A stretch of 64,000 nt of DNA from Bugula neritina (lineage: Eukaryota; Animalia; Bryozoa). Location: contig OZ037770.1 in assembly GCA_964035545.1 (NCBI GenBank), positions 8,624,973-8,688,972 of the forward strand. Reading direction: 5' to 3'. Below are positions 48,901 through 61,420 of the stretch, piece after piece (position 1 is the stretch's first letter; each line of letters begins with the position of its first letter). A program made the translations under genes and the position numbers. A model generated the notes under the pieces. That model worked only from the letters and a program-made list of their open reading frames with translations, was not told the origin of the DNA and did not search any database.

Positions 48901-48982
48901 AAAAGACTCTGGTTTAAGATGGAGGTGGTTTAGACTGAGATCTGACTGCTGCTGTATTCCTAGTAACTACCTGGTTGGCTAA
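45952..48982 (+). CDS. Secreted Spaetzle/neurotrophin-like cystine-knot protein (191 aa), Trp/Arg-rich
   Basis: Five phase-consistent exons: 45952-45972, 47131-47243, 47613-47756, 48346-48496, 48836-48982 (576 nt). It has a signal peptide (MEIKTTMLLVLAGVVMVNVTG) and a Ser-rich prodomain. The C-terminal domain reads CQKTCWYWRPFSLYDGKWWLVVQYGPHWYQWFRYCWCRNRTC...RCSQEYSWVRFLVWRKDSGLRWRWFRLRSDCCC, which follows the Spaetzle/NGF Cys spacing and motifs. Confidence 0.85.
46749..46958. mobile_element. Tc1/mariner-type (pogo/Tigger-like) MITE, 210 bp
   Basis: Imperfect TIRs CAGTGCTCTCTCCACATCTCA / TGAGATATAGTGGGAGCACTG, with TA on both sides. Confidence 0.8.
47792..47952. repeat. About 45-bp tandem repeat, 3-4 copies, after the donor at 47757
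   Basis: Units of ATCTAAA(T/C)TACTTCTACACAAGTGTTACATTATATACAG. Confidence 0.8.
48603..48682 (+). mobile_element. tRNA-derived head of a second SINE family, or a tRNA pseudogene
   Basis: GGCCCCTTAGTGGTTAAATG ... GGAGGTCTCAGGTTTGAGTCCCAGTGGGGG has A/B-box-like motifs but no clean cloverleaf. Confidence 0.45.
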
Positions 48983-49648
48983 GTACAGAATACCCGAATA
49001 CTGTTCGAAAAGATCTTATGAACCTTTTGTAGCTGAATATGTCAGAAACAATAGTTTTTGAATGTTGTTTTTAAATATAGAAAAAATTGTTTGAGCAATG
49101 AAACCAAATTTTGCGTGATGCATTATTTTGTAAATTGGAACTTTGTTTAATGATTGAGTCTCTAAATATAGATATCTACCTGCATAAAAGGTGTTATACA
49201 TTTTGCAATGTTCATTTAGTAAACACAGTGATATTCAAACTAATATATAAGCATCCACATTTGTCACCATTGTAATGTTTTGTACAAATTGATATATTAA
49301 CAAGGACGCATAAAAACAAAGAATTTTGAATTTTTAGAATGTGCAGTTACAAAGACAAGCAAATGCATAAATTCCTATAGCAGTCATGATAATATATTTG
49401 TTTAGCTATTAGAAGTACCAAACAATATATGAAAATAAATAACGGAGTTTTATGAAACCAACGACATTGAAGTATGCTAGAGAAAATATTCCATAAAGTT
49501 TAGTACGAAAATGTCTATCTGAAATGCTTTCAGACTTTAATATTTAGAAATTGAATTGAATGACTGTGTAAAGCATTGCAATGATGTCTACTATAACCAG
49601 TAACTGCAAGTCTACGAAGGGTTACTCTATCTTTAGAGCTCCTTGTGA

Positions 49649-52600
49649 CTAGACAAGACCATCAGATGGATTCTGAGCTACTCTCTGCTTAATCTCTTCA
49701 GTCAGAACTTTTCTGTTGAGCTGAAATAAATATAATAATTTGTTCATATTTTTTCATGCTATCGTAACCAGCCATTGAAAAAAAAGTTTCAAGCTTTAAA
49801 AAAATATAAGCTACACTAAGTTATCATTCCTCAACTGATCTTCAAGTTGGATTATTTTATACACAGTTCCTTCTGTTGGACAAGCTCAGAATATTGCTTT
49901 ACCTCGGAAATTATTTTAATATGTACCAAAGTTCCAATTTCCAAGAATGTATTAAACATAATGCTAGAAATTCAGACTCACCTTTGGTCTTGAGCCGCCA
50001 GTCTTTGGAATGTCAGCATATTTGTAGAAGAATATTCTGATTGGCCACTCAAGAGAGTTGTACATCTGAAATATATAATAGTTTAAATTGTACACTAAAC
50101 TAATAATATAATAGTCATGAGTAAAATATAAATATTGATATAAAAATCACAAACTAAACATAACTAAAATAAAAAAGTACAAGCTGCATTTAAAATAAAA
50201 ACAATGTTATAATTAATACCATAAAGAGATATGCGTAAAATATGATTTATGAAAATACAAAAATAACACTATGTAGCTTTATCATATAAAATAATGCATA
50301 TATTATAAGCAATACAAAGTGACAAGTTATTGTCTATTTAATGAATCAAAGCAAGTTTGTATGGAAGTAAGTTAGAGTATATACACAATATACAAACATA
50401 GGTTTATGTAAATTTTAGACAATTGCAATATAATATGCAGAGTACAAATAGTAAAAGTTTATGATGGTGTTGGGTTTTGCTTTGCTAGAAGGTCATTAGT
50501 TCAAGTTTCACAACTTGTAAACAGTATTCCATTCATTTGTCAGTATCAAAAATTTGAGTCACAACATGACGGTAACTGGCACATCTGTGCACATCAACAA
50601 TACTTTGATAATTTTTGTTGCTTCAATGTAACCTTACACAACAGATAACAAATAATATTAATTTTAATTGCCTTAAGACATCCTATATTCACGAAAATTT
50701 ATAGCCACTATCCTTGTGAAAACACCTGATAAAAAGGTTTTTTTTTAAAGCGAGATAAGGACTTTCTTATGTGTGAAACAGGAGCAATTATAACTGCTTG
50801 CTCGTCCTAACATCACCAATGGCCTTTATTGGAGATCGAACCCATGACTTTGTATCTACTAAACATGACTTCGGGCTCACTAAGCCATATGCTCTGAACC
50901 CTAGACCACGGCTGCTCCTTCATACCCTGTTATACAACAGTCTTTAAAGTCTTGGTAACAAATAATTATGGCAATACTGGCAACTCAAGAAAATTTTATG
51001 AATTCAATTAGATTAACTTTGACTCACATTTTCTTTAGCAAACTTCTTGACATCTTCCACAGTCAATCCACTTTCTGGTGCAGGCCTATTAGAGAGATGG
51101 AAACTCATTACATGCATACGGGCTTGTCCATTATATGTTATATACACCTGTATAGTATGTAATAATTAGAAAGATGGAAACTCACTACATGCATGCAGGC
51201 TTGTCAACTATATGCTATATAGCATTTGTTGCAACAACCCTAAGGGTATACATATTACATATATGATACCTAGAGCTTCAACTTGCAAATGCATGCAGAA
51301 GAGCTGCAAAACAATTTTCATAGATATCCTTAGCAGCTAAACAAAATAACTTTCAATTAGTTATGTTATTAGTCATGCTATTAGCTGTGCTATTAGTTAT
51401 GTCATCAGTTATGCTATTAGTTATGCTATTGGTTATGTTATTAGTTATGCTATTAGTTACGTTATTAGTCATGCTATTAATTATGTTATTAGTTATGCTA
51501 TTAGTTATGCTATTAGTTATGTTACTAGTTATGCTATTAGTTATGCTATTAGTTATGATATTAGTTATGCTATTATTTATGCTTGGAACTGAAAAAAGTT
51601 GAAACTGTATGATGATTTTATTAGCAAATGTTGATATTTCTAACCATATATAAAGTTCAAATATTTGGTTACTCTTATTACACTACTGGTACAGCTTTGC
51701 GATCCTTGTACATAGTTTAAAATTTTATGGCAGACTATTTAAAAATGGCAGACTATTTAAAAGATGGTGCCCAATTACATAGTCATCCCATTATTTACCC
51801 TGAATTGAGTTACCTCTTATGCAATGTCAAAGTGCATTCTTATTTACATGGAAGAATGGAAACTAAAAATGCTTTTCTCTCACTAAGCTTCGAGCCTGAA
51901 ACCCGGTCGTCCATCATACTACAAGGGCCACTGGGTAATCTCAAAACTACAGGAAGTAATGTTTTTGTCACTATTTATACAAATAGCTATATAGTATATT
52001 ATAGTATTACAAAAGTATCTTACTCTATCACATAGTTGAGGTCATGACCTTTGCCATTGTCTGTACCAATAACCTAAAATATTCAACATGTACATTTCTA
52101 AATAATTTATTACAGCATCTTTCTAAATAATTTATTACAGCATCAAAAAATTCAAGAAAAAGTTGAAAATAAAACACCTATGAATCAACCTCAGTGCTAA
52201 CCTATTCCATTATACAGAGTTAGCATGTTACAAACAGTAGATTAAACAACTGGTTAGAATATAAACTTACTGCACAGGTCCTGACTGAAGGATGTGTCAT
52301 TAACACATTCTCAATGCTGATTGAATAAACAACTTTCCCATTTATCTTCCACCTTTCAGCATTTGAAAGACGTCCATAAACATAGAGGAAACCATCTTCA
52401 TCCATTGACACCATATCTCTTCAAAGATAATATTCTAACAATTGAGAGGGCAATTGCTTAAGACTACTGACTAGTAGCACAACAACAGTTTATGTTTCAT
52501 CACTTCTAAATAAACTTTAAAATACCTCCAAATGCTTTTTCTATGATCTGTTGCAATATTTGCCTTATAATGTTTAGATTGTTATTTATGCATTAATACT

Positions 52601-53963
52601 TGTTTATTCTAATATTTCTTGAAACAAATTTATAAAGAAGTAGTTAAATAATAGCAGATCATAGTATGTTGTTGATGCCACAATGCATTTCATTTCTATT
52701 TACAAGCATTTGTTCTAGCACCTGTTATTCCACAGATCAACTTTGAGCTGAGTGCTAAAGCACTAATATTCTAAAATACTTGATATGGAAATTCCCCTTT
52801 CTTATCCGTAAAGTCATTTTCACTATTTACAACATGTTTTTAGAACTATAGCTGTAGTAGAATCTCAAACCCACCGGCTTAGCAACAAAATTTAAATTTA
52901 AATTTTAAAATAAAGCTGTTATTAAATAGTTGTAATGAATCTGTAATTCTATAGACTAAAAGGGCTTATTCACAAGTTGTTTATCAAATAAATAAAACTC
53001 ATAACCAATGCGCTACATCTCAGCTCACCCTGTATGGTACCATCCATATTTGTCCATGACCTTAGCAGTGAGCTCAGGTTGATCTTTGTATTCTAGAAAG
53101 AGACACCACCCTCTGACACAGAGTTCACCTTTAGTGTTGACAGGTACTGTCACTCCCTCCTCATCTATGATTTTCAGCTGACAAATAAGCAAACATATCT
53201 GCACTTAGCTTTGAAACTTGAGATATTGAAACAAGTCAAAAAGTTAGATCAGAATATAACATAGATATGATGTTTATTATCATAGGACTACAATATTAAT
53301 CTTTTTTTTCATCCTATCAGAGTGAGAAATTTCAATAGCGCATGCATTAATATATATTTTAGCAGTCATTTTAGTATAGGTTTTAGTAAAATAGTACTTG
53401 CTATTTTAATCTAGTTGACTTCAACGTCCTCCTATAGATATTTTTGCTAAATGTTGCAAGCTAGCATGCTACCTACTGCACTGACAAGCTGCTATTAACT
53501 AAAAGGTGGACTCTCTACTAACTTAAGCCCATATATTCAAAGGCTAGGCGAGAATTGCAGTCAGTAAAAGGTTTAAACTGTCTCTCATATTTACTCTCTT
53601 TTATAGACAGGATTAAACAAAAGTATGAGAAGTGAAATATGATGACCTATAAGATCAAATAATCAATGCAGATAACAGCTGTGAGCTGAATTCATCACTA
53701 AATAATATTTATATACCTAGACACACCATAGACACATCTTATATATACCATACCCACACTCTAGACACATCCTAGACACATCTTAAAAACCTCCTAAATA
53801 CTGTGTATATCAAGTATTTCACAGAGGGTTAGTTTTACCTCAACAAATGGCCGTCCCTTTCCAACAGAGTTCATTTTCTCTGGTGGCAGAAGTTTTATTG
53901 GAACTGGATTTGTAGAACACAAAAACTCAGTGCCTCCATAACCATCCTACAGTATCACATGTT

Positions 53964-54010
<47 letters not shown>

Positions 54011-57000
54011 CAGTAAATCATATTTTATTAAAATTACATATCTTACAGATATTGTAGAGTTGTGACTCCCCAGCAGCCCTATAGTGTAACAGTTAGCAAG
54101 CAGTGATAACCATTACACGATAGGAGCTACTGGGGAATCTGAACGCTACGGATATTCCCAGGTATCTTGCAATATCTCAAGCTAAATTGCTGGTTAATTG
54201 AACAAATTGCTGAACCACAATCTTAGTATTTTTATTGATTAGTCAAAATTAATTTTTTTCAAAATGAATTAATCTGGAGCTTTTAAGGTGCTAAATTATA
54301 AAATAAACAAAGTATTGAGCAATGAAATATATTATGCTAAAATACTCGTATATACCTGTAGAATCAAATTATCTAAATGTTTGAAGAAATACGTCACTTA
54401 CACTTGAGAATGCAGCAAATTCCATTAGCTTCTTTTTGAACTCTAGAGAAGATAAACTGCCACCAAAACTCAGCGACAGCAAGCTGCTGAGGTCATACTG
54501 AGTCTTGTAGGAAGGGTTGTTCACCATCTGGATGACGTAATCAGTTCTATGAGCTATGAGTTGTACGCTGCAAGCAAGAGAATTAGTGTGGCATTGTTAA
54601 GAAGTTAAAGTTGTTGGCCTCAACTAAATTGAGAAGGACTGCTCTAAAGCATAGTATGAGTTGTTTTCATATGTACATTGTTTGATAATACATAAATATA
54701 CTAAAATAAAAAGAATCACAATTGTAGAATTGACCTAAATAAAAAAAACTTAAATAATATATTTGATGCCACAACTTTTAAAATTTAAATACTTGATATT
54801 TAGAAAATCTATCTCACCGATATTTTTCAGAAATTGACAAAATTTCATGAATAGCTTCTTCGTCATTGCAGGAGTTATTTGCAGGATATATAACCAGATT
54901 ACTGCTACCCACCAGGCAGAAGAAAGCTGTGACAATCAGCTTTATGTCTCCTTCTATTACGTCGTTACAGCCAACCATTGACCCCTATTATAGCCAAAAT
55001 TTTATGAAACCCAGCACAACTACATTACTAAACCAACTTTACAAAAACAAGAACAAAAGTAAAAATCTGAACAGCATTACCATTTTTAAGGATTACTTAG
55101 CCGAAAATAGATCAGATAGACCATTATATACAAATCATTAAGCTGCTGAAGTCAAACGTACCTTGACTTTAGGGCCCTGACTAGCATATGCATACGCAAT
55201 GCTTAGACTCCCATTCGTTAAGGTAACTATCTTCGGATCACCTGTTGAACCCTGTCAAATAAATGAATGTTTACGCTGACACAAAGAAACTAATGTGATG
55301 GCATAGATTTGACTGGCGAATGAAATTATAATAAAAGTTTAATCAATAACATCTACATATAAATAGAAACTGATGAAAGTTTAGTAAAACCAAAACATAA
55401 ACAGCTTTAGAAAACTTACCAAGGAGCACAGATAAAGGAATAATATTTTACTTACAAATAGAAATTGTTGACTTAGTGTACAGGTAGCTAGTAAAACCGA
55501 AGTATAATTTGTTTGAGTAAAACCTTACCGAAGAGCAGAGATAAAGGAATGGGTCTTCTGGCTTCACCAAACTCTGCGCTGCTATTAGCTGTTCATCACT
55601 TAAGTTTTCCTTCCCAACTTTTATTAAGTCAGCAAATGATTTCCAATCACTACAACCACCAGACAAGACAGCAAATTGTGAAGAGTTACTTTAATACAAA
55701 ATGTAGAAAATGTCATTGATGCATATAAATTGATAAAAATTAAATTTTTAATATAAAGCATAGAGAAATATGTACATCGAAGCATGTGTTTTTGGAGTTA
55801 TCTTCACATCTTTGAGCAAAATAAATTGACCAACATGATACAAAGCGTAGTATATGAAATAGATTATATCAGATATATTATGTTTCTGAAGTTATCTCCA
55901 CATCTTTGAGTATAGTATGTACCTGAGTATGGAGCACTTGGGGTCAGTAGCAGCATGTTTATCATAGAAAATATGAGATATACCATGTCCTTCCCCGGCA
56001 GTCATCTCACTTATTACTTTGATAAACTCTGTGCAGACGTGTTCCTGGTACTTACCAGATGTACAGTTTCCTATCAGCACTGCAGTTGGCTTTATCTGTG
56101 AAGGAAAGTAACTCATGATCAAAGTGTGCACTAAACCTTATAACGTGTATATATTTAAATTAATATGATTGAATGTAGTATAGTGTATATATCTCTCCTT
56201 TAAACTCATTTTAAGACTTTTCTGAAATTCTGAACTAGCTTATGAAAATGTTGGGTTTTAGAAAAAACTGGCGTGCATGCTCTACTAGTCCTCATGATTG
56301 AGGTGCCAACATGTAAAAATTAGCTAGCCGGAGCACAGTAATAGAAACCTTTGTTGTCACCACAAAGCCAGCATTCTACTAATTTAGAAAATGCAAATTA
56401 CTCTTGTATGGGGGGGGGGGGGGGGGGGGAGGTGGATTTACAGAGATTGAGCAATTTTCAATGGGGCATCATGAAATGTGAAATGTGAAATATGTAATAT
56501 GAGTTTACTAGAAACGTTATACAGCTGTGAAACCTTTTCACAAATTCTGACTAAAACTTGAAAAGTAAACATCAAGCAGTCTCACCACCCCAGATTGCTC
56601 ACTCCTACACTGTTTATTAGCTCTCACTATTTTTAAATAGTGCTTTCTCTGCTAAAACGTTTATATTATTGCCTTTTCCCATTTCTGTGAATGACTACAC
56701 AAAAATCATTATATTAACAATTATTTAATGTTAATCGCTATACCAGAAACAAAGCATTCCGAATTTGTGTAATTGAAAAGGTAATATCTTAAAACCACCA
56801 TCAAGGGCTGTCTTGGTGGGCCAGACTTACAGCTTATCTGGGGTTTATGGCCAGCCCACTGGCTGTGTACATCGGTGAAAATAGAAATAATATAATGATC
56901 AGCTATAGAGCTATTAGGCTACAAGGTTACTTTTAACTATTAGATTACATAGCCAGCAAAACTAGGTTATGCTAATGCTTTCTACATACAAGCAATACAA

Positions 57001-59556
57001 ATAGATAATGTAAATAAATGTGAAGTAATACTGCAACAGAAAGATAAGTTACTGATAAGCTATAGACTGATAGATCTAACAATATAAGATAAAAACCAAC
57101 CCATGCGACCCTAGCTATCTTAATAGTGTTAGCACAGTAGTGGGTAGTCACAAACTTTACAGTCTACACTAAGTATATATTGAAAATGAAACACCAATTT
57201 AAACAGGTTGTATTTCAAGTTTTAGTAGAATGTCGACCTAATAAATGAAAAACAACAATATTGGGTAAAATTCAAGCTTTCAAAATAGAGGAGGTAACTC
57301 TGATATCAGACTTTTCAACAACTCAAAAAAGCTTGGTCAGAATAAACTATAAATTAGTGTGAATCATGAAAACACTTCAACGGGTCTAAATATTAAAAAC
57401 TGACATTTTAGATGTTGCGGCTTAAAGAATATCAGGGATATCCTGCAAAGCAATAAATCATGTCAAATTTTTGTGAGAGAAAGTTTTTTTGGCCTTGCAG
57501 AACTTCTAAAAAATATTTTGAATATTACAATTGAATTACTCTAATAAGCACATGTTTAAAATTTCATAATGCCTCCCCCCCCCCCCCCCCCCCCCGGTTT
57601 AAAACTTCCCCAGCCCATTTAAACCCACCCCTTTCAAATGAGAACCTCCATATTTGAAATCAGTAGAATGCTGGCTTCAAAGTGATATCTGACAGAAAAA
57701 AACTCACGCAATTTTATAGTCACTATCCCTGTGGAAACCCCTGATGGAAAGGGTTTTTGTTAAATCAGGCTGAGGACTTATTAAGATGAGGCACAGGAGC
57801 CATTATGACTAGATGCTCTTCCTAACATCACCAATGGCCTTTTTCAGGGCTTGAACCCATGACTTCGTGTTTACTAGGCAAACGCTCTAACCCCTAGACC
57901 ACAACAAAGATTAGTGTTAATGTGTCACACCCCGAACTTTTGAATGTTGGCATTTCACTACATAGTTCAGTATTGATAAGCTGAAATCAATTTTTAAACT
58001 AAAATATATAGTGTTGTGCTGATATACTCAAAACACTACTTTGTTTGTGCTCTTGTACCCTTATGCGTATTATTCTGCTACACATACTTGTGTACTTTCT
58101 TGCATATATTAGTTTACTATTTTACAGTATTGTATTGTATGACAGCATGATTAGGTGACAAATGGTTCTTCTATTTAGTAACCACTCTTACCTTTTTGAT
58201 CATCATAGTCATCACCTTTGAAATTGGAGAATATAAATAGTTTGCCTACAATGATTAAATACAGGATCAAATCATTAAGCTGCTGGTACAGTAACTTTTA
58301 TAAAGCTTTCTCTGAAAGTTCTTCAACAGTGTAAATTATAGCTGCAACAATATTTTAATATAACTCACATAGACTAAATCAAGAGATCCAATTTTATCAA
58401 GATAATATCTAAAAGAGGCTTTGGTTCACATTTAGTTCCGAAAACATGCTACTTGCATGAGGGGAAGTACAACTCAATAGCCCAAATCCTTTTAGTAATG
58501 AAACTTAGCGTAGAAATTGACAGGCGTCAAACAAATTGAAGCTAAACTAAAAAACTGATAAAACTTGGGATTTCTACTTTGCAAATGGCTCAATCAGACT
58601 CAATCAGGTACTGGCTATGTACCCAAAACCATGAAAAAAGCCTAAATGTAAAGAAGTATCAGTAATTACCGTGTACTTCAGGCCAAGTGAGAGACAGGCC
58701 ACCAGTAACAGAACAGAGTCTGATCCTTGTGAACCAAAACTGCAAAAACTGTCTCCTCTTTTCAAACCAATCTCTAACAGTCCTTTTGCTAAATCCATTG
58801 CCTATCAATAAAGTCATTAAATAAGGTCATTAAATATGTAAATCAAAATGAATAGAAGCAATAGGTCTATAAATGTGAAATGTAAAGGTAAATTTGCAAA
58901 AGTGCATTAAAAGTCACAGCAGAAATACTATACATTTTTGCCCATTGAAAGTGATCAATGTGATGCAAATGTTACAGCAGAATTATAAGTTAGCTGGCAG
59001 ACTACAATTGTTCGCAGGAAATTTTTAGCAGAATTCAGTGTGGTAACACTGGATGAAGATAGAATTTTTTTTTTCTTGAAAAATCTAGCCTCTTCCACTA
59101 AGAAGGAATGAATTATTTAAACCTAACATTTGGGTTGGCAGTATATTACTGACAGTCTGCTCACGTCACTATATCAAAATTCAATTAGTTTTTCCCCATT
59201 TTAAACATATTCATTCAGAGCCAATCAAATGGCATAAAAAGCACATAGGACATGTTTATATTACTTAAGCAAGCAATTTACTGCCCTTTTAACAGCAACT
59301 GCAAAACCATGATCTGTTCAACATCTTTAAACATACGATTATTATTTTTAAGGCTGCTTATCCTGACTAATTCTATATTACAAACCTTTTCATACAGCTG
59401 ATGGTGAGTCAGAGTTTCGTAAGGCTTGGTAAATGTGACATGACACTCTTCATTTCCTGTACAAGAGTTCCTGATGAGTTCAAGGAGACTCTCTGTCGGA
59501 ATCGGTACACTGGTGTCAAAGTAGTAGCTCTCACACATCTTCTTGGAGCTAGCCAT
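49649..59556 (-). CDS. Acyl-CoA synthetase / AMP-binding (ANL) enzyme, divergent ACSF2/4CL-like, 580 aa
   Basis: 15 exons: 59386-59556, 58670-58801, 58192-58245, 55923-56095, 55529-55649, 55162-55251, 54818-54984, 54402-54567, 53839-53946, 53029-53177, 52271-52418, 52024-52073, 51028-51085, 49982-50065, 49649-49720 (1743 nt). Motifs: LCSSGSTGDPK, YDLSSL, GYGGTE, SVGK, GELCVRG, GWYHTGD, GFLYVYGR, PKTGGSRPK. Confidence 0.92.
50687..50917 (-). mobile_element. tRNA-derived SINE, family A, copy 6
   Basis: Shared core, with a small internal duplication of CATGACTT...CTAA. Confidence 0.8.
51357..51582. repeat. 12-bp minisatellite (TTAGTTATGCTA)n
   Basis: Direct read; explains the LLVM ORF. Confidence 0.95.
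54059..54144 (-). other. Long intronic hairpin (pre-miRNA-like, or a collapsed MITE)
   Basis: The stem is over 30 bp: TCCCCAGCAGCCCTATAGTGTAAC...ATTACACGATAGGAGCTACTGGGGA. Plus-strand C.A mismatches become G.U pairs on the transcribed minus strand. Confidence 0.5.
56365..57677. mobile_element. About 1.3-kb segment bounded by inverted repeats (probable non-autonomous DNA transposon)
   Basis: AAGCCAGCATTCTACT at 56365 is inverted as AGTAGAATGCTGGCTT ending at 57677. A G-run near 56410 mirrors a C-run near 57575. No clear TSD. Confidence 0.5.
57702..57903 (-). mobile_element. tRNA-derived SINE, family A, copy 7
   Basis: Full match to the family core and head. Confidence 0.85.
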
Positions 59557-61179
59557 TTTTGTTAGAGCACTTTATTTGGCTTGACTTGTATTGGTGTTGA
59601 TCAGTAACTTACTGCTTATCAGTACTACCAAGTAGAGTAGATAAAGAAATACAGTAGTAGGAGGTGCTAGATTAATTAACTGGGCAAATTTTGGGTAATA
59701 TGTAAAATACTTTGTTTCATTTAAAAAACTTATCACTAAACTTCTTTTACTATTCCTTCCTGATATTTTTAATTATGTGATGTCATTCATATTGTGGTTA
59801 AAAATACCACAATACATTTGGGAATTTTAATGATATACAACTTCGAATTAAACATGGGAGGATAACTCCAAATTAACCACAACATATTTTTTGTTAGGGA
59901 GGTTGGAGTTATTTTTAACCATTTCAAGCATGAATTATTTAGTAGCCAAATTCTTAAATTTTATCATGCAATTGCTTAATTCAATTCTTTTAGCATATAC
60001 TCAAAGCTTTTCAATATTTACCTTTGGCATGTTAAAAAGAAATGTCCACATATGGGGACATCATGCATCTATTGAGGCATCTCTATTGTCTACATACGTG
60101 GACAAGATAATGATCCTGCAACAAATAAGTATTTATGTAGATCTTTTAAATCCTTTATTTACATAAATTTGTTTACACTTTCATAATGGTAACATTAAAA
60201 ATTTTGATAACAATTTTTAAAACAGCAAATCAAATAATAGCAAATTTTTGATGAGTAAATCTAAAGTTAGACTATCTATGTTATTCGAGCCTCTAAAGCA
60301 GTTTAAGGGTGTAGCTTAACTTTGGGTCTTGCATTTTAAACTTTGCTAGTGTATTATATGGCTTACACTATATACAAAAAACAGAGTTTGGAGTTTTGAC
60401 TTTCATATATGATATCTATTTGCACAACAGCATGGAGTATTATATCTTTGTAACCGGTTCATATTCTAAGATTTATATACTTAACTACCATAATCACTTT
60501 TTGATCTATTTATTGCCTAGCAACAAGGTGTTTGTATCATCGTTTAATAAAATAAAAATAACTTTGAATGCGCTTATGTTTCATGAACAAGAAAAGTAGA
60601 GTTCATATCTAACGTTACGATGAAATTGAGAATTTCACTAGGTAATCCTTAAAAGTAAGAATTAGTAAATCAGGTTAATGCTAGGAATAATATTAATAGT
60701 ATAAATTATTTCATCAATATGAATGAGAAATTAAAATAGAAAGAGGAGTTCAACTTTATTTGACAAGGAGCTAGCAAGTGTTTGTGTAGGCCTATATCAT
60801 ATTGAAATTTACCAATATGAATATTAATACGAACATTTAAATATTAAATCAAATTACTTAATAAAAATTCCAATAATAATACTAATCTAATAGCAATAAG
60901 TTATCTTTATATCAGCAATAATTATAAAACAAAAGACAACTATAAACTGTACTACTAGTACAAGTCTTAATGCTACTACTAGACCTAGTAGTAGCATTAT
61001 ACTAATAACATTAACTCAATGACTATAATCAATTGTAACATGATTATTAACAATAATACTAATAGCAATACTAATAGTTATACTAATATTAATTTCGAAG
61101 ACGGAGGATGAAACTCATTCTCACTCTCGAGCTCAATTAGTATCAGTATTACAGTGATTTAGTTTTACTACATTACTAT

Positions 61180-61420
61180 TAGTATTACTATTACTTATAC
61201 TTATAGTTTTACTAGTAGTACTACTACCAACTACTACTAGTATTACTGGACCAGTACTACTGCCACTGCTGCCACTACTAGTACTACTACTACTAGTACT
61301 ACGTCTACTAGTACTACCACAATCCTAATACTAATACTAATAGTAATAGACTAGTAGTGGTACTACTACCGCAATAGTACACTGTACAGCACCAGTAGTA
61401 GTACCACTAGTACTATGAGT
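61180..61420. repeat. ACT/AGT-rich low-complexity, self-complementary region
   Basis: Runs of TACTAGTAGTACTAC. Confidence 0.7.

Noticed and set aside
51727-52035. 102-aa plus-strand ORF
   Set aside because: It lies antisense within an acyl-CoA synthetase intron, starts in a small tandem duplication and has no recognisable motif.
54750-54935. Track ORF MSQLSSAWWVAV
   Set aside because: Wrong frame. The acyl-CoA synthetase exon 54818-54984 reads GSMVGCNDVIEGD...ISEKYR in phase with its neighbours.
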